Below are positions 47,939-55,195 of a DNA stretch of 64,000 nt, in pieces (the first letter of the stretch is position 1; each line of letters starts with the position of its first letter). Source of the DNA: Clostridia bacterium (GTDB lineage: Bacteria; Bacillota; Clostridia; UMGS1840); assembly GCA_017936745.1 (NCBI GenBank), contig JAGBEY010000002.1:57949-121948 (forward strand), written 5' to 3'. The position numbers and the translations under genes are program-made. The notes below the pieces were generated by a model. That model was given only the letters and a program-made list of their open reading frames with translations. It was not told where the DNA came from and did not search any database.

Positions 47939-48219
47939 AAAAATATGGTACAATGCATTTTGTTCATTGTAAAATTAGTGAACAATTTAGATGACACTAA
48001 TGTTTTGTCGATATGCAAACTAAAGTTTGCTCGATATATTTACTCCGTAAATTCGATATGTTTTTCGTTTCACTCAAAACTCGATATGATATAAATCTCG
48101 TTGCGTCAGCAACATATCGAGCCGTAAGGCATATCGAGTGCGATAGCACATATCGAAAATCTCGTCAGAGATTTATATCGTTGATTTCATCTTCGATGAA
48201 ATCATTGTACCATATTTTT
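47939..48219. repeat. 281-bp quasi-palindromic element: 17-bp terminal inverted repeats enclosing 4 direct + 4 inverted TCGATATG octamers, each followed by a private hairpin
   Basis: The terminal inverted repeats are AAAAATATGGTACAATG at 47939..47955 and its exact complement at 48203..48219. Forward octamers start at 48008, 48031, 48053 and 48081. Reverse-orientation (CATATCGA) copies lie at 48113, 48130, 48149 and, degenerate, 48175. Confidence 0.9.
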
Positions 48220-48232
48220 TCAGAAGTTGCAA
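48204..48232 (-). promoter_or_regulatory. sigma-A promoter with extended -10 for the AKR/PHP operon
   Basis: Minus strand reads TTGCAA (48232..48227), 17-nt spacer ending TGg, TACAAT (48209..48204). This leaves a leader of roughly 285 nt before GTG 47911. Confidence 0.55.
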
Positions 48233-48237
48233 GTCTT

Positions 48238-48252
48238 TGTGACAATGTCACA
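48238..48252. promoter_or_regulatory. perfect 7-1-7 palindrome, candidate operator upstream of the -35
   Basis: TGTGACA-A-TGTCACA, centred about 16 bp upstream of the -35 centre. Confidence 0.4.
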
Positions 48253-48310
48253 GTCATTTTCTATTTTTAGTCAAATTTTCCCTGATTCAAAAATCACTTT
48301 TTCCAACCAG

Positions 48311-50914
48311 TCAGGACTTACTGCGCTGAAATAACCGGGACAACTGAATGAAAGCAGTAGGAATCAACGCCAGGAGCGCAACAATTCCAATTTGGCTACC
48401 GCTTAGTGCTGTCACCTCAAACAAACGGTTTAAGAACGGAACAAACAAAACCAAGCCCAACAACACAATTCCCGCCGCAAATGCACCAAGACTTGCCGGA
48501 TTGGAGAACAGACCTATTTTAAAAATCGACTGCTCGCTTCGGCAGTTCAGTCCGTGAAACAGACGTGCCAGCGTAAGGGTGGAAAATGCCATGGTACTTG
48601 CCAGTGCTGCACTTCCTTCATGTAACCCAAGATAGAACGCCGCCATTGTACAAACAGCGATAGCACCCCCCTGCACCAATAGCTGTAACATAAAAGATTT
48701 GGTTAAAATCCCCTCCTTGGGATTTCTGGGTTTTTGAGATAACAGATTTCCCTCTGCCCGTTCCAGTCCAATGGCAATAGCAGGTAAGGAATCGGTTAAT
48801 AAATTCATAAACAGCAGATGCACCGGTGCAAAGGGAACGGGCAACCCCATAACAGAGGTATAAAGCACCGCCAAAATTCCTGCCATATTTCCGGATAACA
48901 AAAACTTAATGGCATTTTTAATATTGCGGTATACATTTCTGCCGTTTGCCACCGCTTGAATAATGGTGGCAAAATTATCATCGGTTAAAATCATAGCGGA
49001 AGCATCTTTGGAAACCTCTGTTCCCGTAATTCCCATAGCAACCCCGATATCAGCTTTCTTTAAAGCCGGAGCATCGTTAACACCGTCTCCCGTCATCGCA
49101 ACAATATGCCCCTTGGACTGCCAGGCGTTAACAATCTGAATTTTATTCTCCGGCGACACCCGGGCGTAAACCGAAATTTTGTCGATGCTTTCAGCCAGTT
49201 CCTCCTGACTCATGGCATCCAATTCCGCGCCGGTTACCGCCAAATCTCCCTCCTTGAAAATGCCAATCTGAGAGGCAATAGCGGTTGCTGTTACCTTATG
49301 GTCACCGGTAATCATTACCGGCTTAATTCCGGCACGAATAGCATCCGAAACCGCCTCTTTGGACTCTGCTCTGGGCGGGTCCATCATAGAAATCAACCCA
49401 AGAAAGATATAACCAGATTCCTCGGAAAGCTCCATCACGGGTGTTTCATCCGATTCTTTATAGGCAAATGCCAGTACACGAAGCCCGTTTTCGGAAAATT
49501 CCATATTCTTTGCCAGAATTTCCGCTTTGTCTGCCGGGGTAATCGGACGAATCCCATCTTCGGTACGAATCTGTTCGATACGGTCTAACAAAACATCCAC
49601 CGCACCCTTGGTTAAAATGGTAGGAACACCGTGAATCCGATACTTTGCCGACATCAGCTTTCTGTCAGAATCAAAGGGAATTTCCGCAATTCTGGGCATT
49701 ACTTCACGGAAAAATTCTTCGTTCATATCAATGGAACGAGTCATTTCCAGCAAACAATATTCGGTAGGGTCGCCAATGCCTTTGCCATCTACAATGGCTG
49801 AATCGTTGGTAAGCATCGCATTGTATAACAAGTAGCGGTGAAGCTGGCTCCGAAGATTCAATTCTTTCACCGATAAGGTTTTTTTGTCAATATAAATTTG
49901 CTGAACCGTCATTTTGTTTTGTGTCAGAGTCCCGGTTTTATCCGAACAAATAACCGAAACACAGCCTAAGCTTTCCACTGCCTTTAATTCCTTAATGATG
50001 GCATTCTCTTTTGCCATTCGCTGTGTTCCCATCGCCTGCACAATGGTTACAATCGAGCTTAATGCCTCCGGAATGGCAGCTACAGCCAAGGCAACCGCAA
50101 ACATCATGGCATCCAGAACCGGCATCCGGCGATATAACCCCAACCCAAACACAATTGCGGAGATAATCATTATCACGATTGCAAGACGGCTGCTGAACTG
50201 GTCCAGACTAATTTGCAACGGTGTTTTCTTTTCCCGGGTGGCGTTCATCAGGGAAGCAATTTTCCCGATTTCAGTATGCATCCCCGTTCCTGTTACCACC
50301 ACGGTAGCACGGCCATATGTCACCAAGCTGCCGGAATACACCATATTCAAACGGTCACCTAAAGGCACTTCATCGGTAATATCCGTCACCTTTTTTTCTA
50401 CATTGGCAGACTCTCCCGTTAAGGAGCTTTCATTCACCTGTATGGAAAAGTTTTCTAAAATTCTGCCGTCTGCCACTACCATATCACCGGCTTCTAACAG
50501 CATAATATCTCCGGGCACCACCATACGGGACGGAACCTCGATTTTCTTGCCGTCACGAAGAACCTTAGCATTGGGAGAGGAAAGGGATTTCAAGCTATCC
50601 AGCGATTTTTCCGCCTTTTTGTGCTGCACGGTCCCTAAAACGGCATTCATAATAATAACCGCAAAAATAACCAGGGTACTTTCTGTGTTTCCCGACACCA
50701 TCGAAATGATTGCTGCAACCATCAGAATGATAACCAGCAAATCCGCAAACTGAGAAAAGAACACTTCCAAAGTGCTTTTCCGTTTCCCTTCCTGCAACAC
50801 ATTGGGCCCATTTTCCTCCAGCACCTTGGCAGCCTGCTGTGAAGAATACCCCTGCACTGTAGCATCCAGTTCCTCTAAAATCTCAGAAACTTGTTTACGA
50901 TAAACTTCTTTCAT
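48311..50914 (-). CDS. P-type cation-transporting ATPase (P2-type, Ca2+/Mn2+ class)
   Basis: Trimmed to MKEVYRKQVSEILEEL behind AAGGAGAAGG. DKTGTLT phosphorylation site, TGES, and GDGVNDAPALK motifs. 867 aa. Confidence 0.9.
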   Translation of the reverse strand: MKEVYRKQVSEILEELDATVQGYSSQQAAKVLEENGPNVLQEGKRKSTLEVFFSQFADLLVIILMVAAIISMVSGNTESTLVIFAVIIMNAVLGTVQHKKAEKSLDSLKSLSSPNAKVLRDGKKIEVPSRMVVPGDIMLLEAGDMVVADGRILENFSIQVNESSLTGESANVEKKVTDITDEVPLGDRLNMVYSGSLVTYGRATVVVTGTGMHTEIGKIASLMNATREKKTPLQISLDQFSSRLAIVIMIISAIVFGLGLYRRMPVLDAMMFAVALAVAAIPEALSSIVTIVQAMGTQRMAKENAIIKELKAVESLGCVSVICSDKTGTLTQNKMTVQQIYIDKKTLSVKELNLRSQLHRYLLYNAMLTNDSAIVDGKGIGDPTEYCLLEMTRSIDMNEEFFREVMPRIAEIPFDSDRKLMSAKYRIHGVPTILTKGAVDVLLDRIEQIRTEDGIRPITPADKAEILAKNMEFSENGLRVLAFAYKESDETPVMELSEESGYIFLGLISMMDPPRAESKEAVSDAIRAGIKPVMITGDHKVTATAIASQIGIFKEGDLAVTGAELDAMSQEELAESIDKISVYARVSPENKIQIVNAWQSKGHIVAMTGDGVNDAPALKKADIGVAMGITGTEVSKDASAMILTDDNFATIIQAVANGRNVYRNIKNAIKFLLSGNMAGILAVLYTSVMGLPVPFAPVHLLFMNLLTDSLPAIAIGLERAEGNLLSQKPRNPKEGILTKSFMLQLLVQGGAIAVCTMAAFYLGLHEGSAALASTMAFSTLTLARLFHGLNCRSEQSIFKIGLFSNPASLGAFAAGIVLLGLVLFVPFLNRLFEVTALSGSQIGIVALLALIPTAFIQLSRLFQRSKS

Positions 50915-50946
50915 AACCTTCTCCTTTTCTGAATGAATCACCAATA

Positions 50947-50989
50947 ATAAAAAAAGACTTTTGTGCAATGCTTTATTGCACAAAAGTCT
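50947..50989 (-). terminator. leader (attenuator) terminator upstream of the ATPase start codon
   Basis: Perfect 15-bp stem AGACTTTTGTGCAAT / ATTGCACAAAAGTCT (50955..50989) followed on the minus strand by TTTTTTTATT. It lies 30-40 nt before the RBS. Confidence 0.75.
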
Positions 50990-51075
50990 CGTAACCGAAA
51001 TCCGGCATACGCCACCAAGTTGCACAAAAAACAACTGCGATTGTTGATAGCGTATTAAAACTACTCCCTTTTGAA
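50981..51075 (-). ncRNA. candidate yybP-ykoY (Mn2+) riboswitch aptamer
   Basis: The minus-strand RNA reads CAAAAGGGAGUAG...CGUAUGCCGGAUUUCGGUUACGAGACUUUUG. It has a GGGAGUAG L1-like element, a 3' GAGAC element, and a P1 helix CAAAAG/CUUUUG. The 3' P1 strand is shared with the terminator stem, giving ON-switch logic. Not checked with a covariance model. Confidence 0.55.
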
Positions 51076-51098
51076 AGATTTCATATTTAGTTTCTTGC

Positions 51099-51127
51099 AG
51101 TATATCATTTTATCAAGAAATTGTCAA
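51099..51127 (-). promoter_or_regulatory. sigma-A promoter of the riboswitch-ATPase unit
   Basis: Minus strand reads TTGACA (51127..51122), 17-nt spacer, TATACT (51104..51099). Confidence 0.65.
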
Positions 51128-51241
51128 GACTTTTTTAAGGTAAAAATATACATTCTGCTAAAAACATATTATTCAAAGACCACCCGGTGATAGTACAACA
51201 AACAAAATCTGTTACAATTTCGGATAACATAATTTCCGCAT

Positions 51242-51273
51242 AAAAATACCCGTCAGCAAACCCTGACGGGTAT
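51242..51273 (-). terminator. rho-independent terminator of spoIVB
   Basis: ATACCCGTCAG caaacc CTGACGGGTAT, with a T-run on the minus strand. Confidence 0.85.
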
Positions 51274-51276
51274 TCC

Positions 51277-52302
51277 TCAGTTATTTTCCGCTAACATATT
51301 TTCAATGAAAATTCCATACCCTCTGGTTGGATCGTTTACGAAAACATGCGTAACGGCACCAACTAATTTCCCATTCTGAATTATCGGCGACCCAGACATT
51401 CCCTGTACAATTCCACCCGTCTGAGACAGCAATGCTTCATCAGTGACTTTAATCACAAAATCCTTATTGTCTCCGTTGTCCAACACCCGAAGAATTTCAA
51501 TTTCGTATTCCTTTGTTCCCTCCGGGGATACTGTGGACAGAATGGATGCTTTTCCGGTCTTTACCTCATGTTTTTTGCAAATGGGAATTTTTTCTCCCGA
51601 AACAATGGCTTCATTTTTCACATTGCCTTGAATTCCGGTTTGCGTATTGGTCCGAATTCTGCCCACCGTTTCCCCCGAAAGAACTCCCACAAGCTCACCC
51701 GGTCTGCCGTTTTGTGCTGTTTTTGCACCCTTGATATCTACCAGCTCCAGATATCCCAACCGAACCGAATAGGTGAGGTCGGTATCCATATCATTTACGG
51801 GATGTCCCAACGCCATAAAGGTGGTTTTATCCTCCGTAAAAAAGGTTACCGTTCCGATTCCCGCTGCGCTGTCACGAAGCCAGAATCCACACACGTACTG
51901 GTTACTTTGATTCAGCGAAGGAGTCAGCGACACTTTTAGCTTTTTTTCGCCCCGGCAAATGGAAAGAGTCAGCGTTTCTGTTTTTGCTGTTTCCAGTATT
52001 TTTTCAAAATGCTTTGTATTTTGCAAGGGGACATCGTTTACCTTTTCGATAATGTCTCCGTTTTTAATTCCCGCTTTTTTCGCCGGCAGATGTCCGTGCT
52101 GTTCCACCCCAACCACCATTACACCCATTGTTTTCAGCTTCATTCCCACGGCTTTTCCCGAGGGAATGAGATACACCTCTTCACTCTGACTGTTGACAGG
52201 AATTTCACTTGGCATCCCCAAACGAATAAAGCACATCAAAACAAGAGATACTATACTAAAAAAATAAATCTGTTTGATTGTTTTTTTTGATAAAATTTCC
52301 AA
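51277..52302 (-). CDS. spoIVB: SpoIVB peptidase (S55, PDZ-containing)
   Basis: A PDZ segment (...AGIKNGDIIEKVND...) and the catalytic region GMSGSPIIQNGKLVGAVTHVFVNDPTRGYGIFIENML. TTG start is uncertain. Confidence 0.85.
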   Translation of the reverse strand: MEILSKKTIKQIYFFSIVSLVLMCFIRLGMPSEIPVNSQSEEVYLIPSGKAVGMKLKTMGVMVVGVEQHGHLPAKKAGIKNGDIIEKVNDVPLQNTKHFEKILETAKTETLTLSICRGEKKLKVSLTPSLNQSNQYVCGFWLRDSAAGIGTVTFFTEDKTTFMALGHPVNDMDTDLTYSVRLGYLELVDIKGAKTAQNGRPGELVGVLSGETVGRIRTNTQTGIQGNVKNEAIVSGEKIPICKKHEVKTGKASILSTVSPEGTKEYEIEILRVLDNGDNKDFVIKVTDEALLSQTGGIVQGMSGSPIIQNGKLVGAVTHVFVNDPTRGYGIFIENMLAENN

Positions 52303-52451
52303 TCACATCCATAGTTCATTTTTGTCCCGGGACAGTTATTATTGTTTCCCAAGCCGAAACAATTTAAAAATGTAATTTTTATCGCAACTGTCAAGAATTT
52401 TTTATTATAAAAAATACCGACCGAAATCATTCCAGCCGGTATTTCCCATTT

Positions 52452-53402
52452 TTAATACACACCGTCATCCGCTAAAATTTCATCAATGTAATTTCGCACA
52501 TCAGCCAGTGTAAGGAGATTTGCTACCTTTAACTTGTAAGGCTTTGCATTATGAAATCCTTTTAAATACCATAAAATGTGACATCTTGCTTCCTTGATGG
52601 CGTTTTTCTTCGTGGCACACATTTTTTCTGTCTGACGGTACAGCACTTCCATTTTTTCTTCTTTTGTGATAATGCGATTGGGATTTTTTATCAAATCGAA
52701 CACAAAGGGATTCCCCAGAGCCGCTCTGCCAACCATAACACCATCACATCCGGTGATTTCTTTCATCCGAAGATAGCTTTGGCGGTCGCAGACATCCCCA
52801 TTCCCGATTACCGGAATGGAAACGGCAGCCTTAACCTGCTTGATATAAGACAAATCTGCCACTCCGGCATACTGCATTTCCCGGGTTCTGCCATGAACGG
52901 TGAGAAAATCCGCTCCCGCTTCTTCGCAAAGCTTGGCACATTCCACCACGTTTTTCTGTTCCCCGTCAAAGCCGATACGAAGCTTTACACTCAAGGGCAA
53001 GGCTGTGGCTTTTCGCATTGCTGATACAATATCATACAAAAGCTTCGGTTCTCGCATCAAAGCAGAACCGTCACTGTTTTTTACAATTTTTGGTGCAGGG
53101 CATCCGCAATTTAGGTCAATCATCGAAAAGCCCATCTCTTCAATCTGCTTCACAGCCTCAGACAACACGTTTGGCTCATGCCCGAATAACTGCACCGAAA
53201 GAGGAGTGTCCTCCGATGAAGTTTTCAGCAGGTCATAAGTGTGCTTATCCCGATAGGTTAAAGCTTTGGCACTAACCATCTCAGAAACACAAAGAAAAGC
53301 CCCCTGCTCTCTTGCAATTTCACGAAATGCTAAATCCGTAACGCCTGCCATAGGTGCTAAAATAACATCATTTTGTTTGAGATATTTTAAAATTTCGCTC
53401 AT
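52452..53402 (-). CDS. dus: tRNA-dihydrouridine synthase
   Basis: LAPMAGVTDLAFR, DLNCGCP, and HGRTR motifs. Confidence 0.9.
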   Translation of the reverse strand: MSEILKYLKQNDVILAPMAGVTDLAFREIAREQGAFLCVSEMVSAKALTYRDKHTYDLLKTSSEDTPLSVQLFGHEPNVLSEAVKQIEEMGFSMIDLNCGCPAPKIVKNSDGSALMREPKLLYDIVSAMRKATALPLSVKLRIGFDGEQKNVVECAKLCEEAGADFLTVHGRTREMQYAGVADLSYIKQVKAAVSIPVIGNGDVCDRQSYLRMKEITGCDGVMVGRAALGNPFVFDLIKNPNRIITKEEKMEVLYRQTEKMCATKKNAIKEARCHILWYLKGFHNAKPYKLKVANLLTLADVRNYIDEILADDGVY

Positions 53403-53405
53403 AAG

Positions 53406-53579
53406 TTAACTCACCATAACAACAACCAGACCGATTGCCGCAACCAACAATCCCACCAGCTTGCTGTGTAAAATTTCTTTCTCCGTAGCGTCTCTCTTTT
53501 TCATGCGGGACACGAAAAGCGAAGCTCCAAAGGAAATCAATGCTCCTGCTGCCAGGATAACCAATCCAACAATTTTCAT
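53406..53579 (-). CDS. hypothetical 57-aa two-TM membrane protein
   Basis: Below the ORF-track cutoff. MKIVGLVILAAGALISFGASLFVSRMKKRDATEKEILHSKLVGLLVAAIGLVVVMVS behind GGGAG. The stop lies 3 nt before the dus start. Confidence 0.5.
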   Translation of the reverse strand: MKIVGLVILAAGALISFGASLFVSRMKKRDATEKEILHSKLVGLLVAAIGLVVVMVS

Positions 53580-53713
53580 ATATTTCTCCCTTATCGATAT
53601 CTGTGGAATTTCTTAGACAAGCTTCATTATATTCTATTTTTCCTTACAATGCAAGTGATTTTCCCTCTTTTTCCTAAAATGATAAAAAATTTGGAGTTTT
53701 TTTCAAAAATCAC

Positions 53714-53742
53714 TTGACATTTCGCAATTTATTCATTATAAT
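53714..53742 (+). promoter_or_regulatory. sigma-A promoter of rpsT
   Basis: TTGACA (53714..53719), 17-nt spacer, TATAAT (53737..53742). Confidence 0.7.
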
Positions 53743-53859
53743 ATCAAAGGTTATATTGGTAATACTATTTGAGTGCAATGCCAAGTCGTTCTTGGCTGCA
53801 ACCTCTGACTCAAATAATACTTATAAAAACTTAATTTTAAGAAAAGGAGTATTTTTGAA

Positions 53860-54129
53860 ATGCCGAATATCAAATCCGCTGAAAAAAGAGTAAAAGTTAT
53901 TGCAACCAAAACTCTGCAGAACCAGATGATCAAATCTAACTTAAAAACCACTTTAAAAACTTTTGAAGCAGCTTGTGAAAAAGAAGATAAAGCAAACTTA
54001 GCTGAAATCTTCCAGAACACTGTAAAAACCATTGATATGGCTTGCACCAAAGGCGTTCTGAAGAAAAACACCGCTTCCAGAAAGAAATCCAGCGTTGCAA
54101 AAAAATACAACGCAGCAATCAAAGGTTAA
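53860..54129 (+). CDS. rpsT: 30S ribosomal protein S20
   Basis: MPNIKSAEKRVKVIATKTLQNQ... behind AAGGAG. Confidence 0.95.
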   Translation: MPNIKSAEKRVKVIATKTLQNQMIKSNLKTTLKTFEAACEKEDKANLAEIFQNTVKTIDMACTKGVLKKNTASRKKSSVAKKYNAAIKG

Positions 54130-54143
54130 TTCTCATAAGTCCC

Positions 54144-54180
54144 AAAAATCCCGTATGGAATTTCCATACGGGATTTTTTT
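54144..54180. terminator. bidirectional terminator
   Basis: AAAAATCCCGTATGGA att TCCATACGGGATTTTTTT. Confidence 0.9.
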
Positions 54181-54203
54181 CGTGAAACGGTAAATACAAG
54201 GTA

Positions 54204-55139
54204 TCAGATACGGTTAATAAATTCCAACGGGATATCAGGTGCAATCAAAATATCTGCCCCGTTCATAGAATCTGCAATCTGAGAAGCATTTCTTCCGCCG
54301 ATAATCGGAAACACCTCTACCTCCGAAATGGAGCAAAGGATTCCGCAAACTACCGATGCAACACTGCAATTCAATTCCGCAGACAGCTGTTTGATAATCT
54401 CCAACCGTCTTAAATTTTCTTCACACAGGTATCGTTTTTTTGCTTTCTCAGACAAAGCACCTTCTCCGGATTCCGCCATTTTTGAGAAAAAGCCCTTTGC
54501 CTGCGAAGAATAGGCAACCACCGGCATAGGATTGTTTTTATAAAATTCAAATTCCCGTTCATCCATTCCCACCAGTCCACCCCGTTCCCCGAGACAGTAG
54601 GCAGGATTGAATCGTATCTGACTTGCCGCAAAACCAAACAGATTATTTTCTTTGGCGTACTGATTTGCCTGTCTGATTCGTTCCGACCGCCAGTTTGATG
54701 CTCCGAATCGTTTGATTTTCCCTTCTTTAACCAATCGGTTCATAAACTCAATGATTTCGCTTACGGGAGTGTTTTCATCATCACGGTGAAGCCAGTAAAA
54801 CTCAATACAATCTAACCCCAATGCGGTAAGACTTTTTTCTAAATCAGAGCGGATATCTGCCTCGTTAATCCGGGGAGATTCTCCCCCGTCCATATCATAA
54901 TATCCGCCCTTGGTGGAAACGAAAATATCGTCAGGCTTTCTGTCAGCCAACCACTTTCCTACCACCTTTTCCGCCTCCCCGTCTGCATAAAGGCGGGCGG
55001 TGTCAATGTGACGGCCTCCCATTTCATAATAGGTGTCCATAATCTGAAAGGACTCTGCCTCGGAAATGGTATCGCCGAAATAGGCAGTCCCCAAAAGTAT
55101 TTTGGAGCTTCTTTTTCCAAAACTATCCGAATATTTCAT
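54204..55139 (-). CDS. aldo/keto reductase
   Basis: 311 aa: ...HIDTARLYADGEAEKVVGKWL... (Asp/Tyr region), and a WLHRDD element. Confidence 0.85.
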   Translation of the reverse strand: MKYSDSFGKRSSKILLGTAYFGDTISEAESFQIMDTYYEMGGRHIDTARLYADGEAEKVVGKWLADRKPDDIFVSTKGGYYDMDGGESPRINEADIRSDLEKSLTALGLDCIEFYWLHRDDENTPVSEIIEFMNRLVKEGKIKRFGASNWRSERIRQANQYAKENNLFGFAASQIRFNPAYCLGERGGLVGMDEREFEFYKNNPMPVVAYSSQAKGFFSKMAESGEGALSEKAKKRYLCEENLRRLEIIKQLSAELNCSVASVVCGILCSISEVEVFPIIGGRNASQIADSMNGADILIAPDIPLEFINRI

Positions 55140-55195
55140 ATTATCTCCCCTTAAAAATTACGATGAGTTCTTGAAAAGACAGAAACATGAAGTTA

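Noticed and set aside
47939-48219. Classifying the repeat element as a MITE, as a type I toxin-antitoxin locus, or as 6S RNA.
   Set aside because: There is no target-site duplication next to the 17-bp repeats, since the flanks differ. No RBS-preceded small hydrophobic ORF lies on either strand. The predicted fold is branched, unlike the 6S rod shape. The MITE/REP possibility still needs a genome-wide copy count.
48238-48252. Calling TGTGACAATGTCACA a CRP/FNR or Rex site, or the ATPase terminator.
   Set aside because: The spacing is TGTGA-N5-TCACA, not N6. As RNA it would be a 5-6-bp stem with a 1-3-nt loop and no U-run, so it is not a credible terminator.
48013-48270. 85-aa plus-strand ORF running through the TCGATATG repeat array. 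ORF 47768..48094 is a similar case.
   Set aside because: It has no RBS. Its open frame is best explained by the AT-rich repeat structure, and the sequence resembles no family. It is treated as non-coding.
49914-50753. 279-aa plus-strand ORF inside the P-type ATPase gene. Similar long antisense ORFs occur at 2842..3435, 33901..34416, 37679..38170, 61041..61574, 5645..6151 and 46110..46571.
   Set aside because: All lie fully antisense to genes with unambiguous family motifs. They have no RBS, and their low-complexity, Ser/Ile/Arg-rich composition is typical of shadow frames.
53751-54122. 123-aa minus-strand ORF overlapping rpsT.
   Set aside because: It is the exact antisense of the unmistakable S20 coding sequence.
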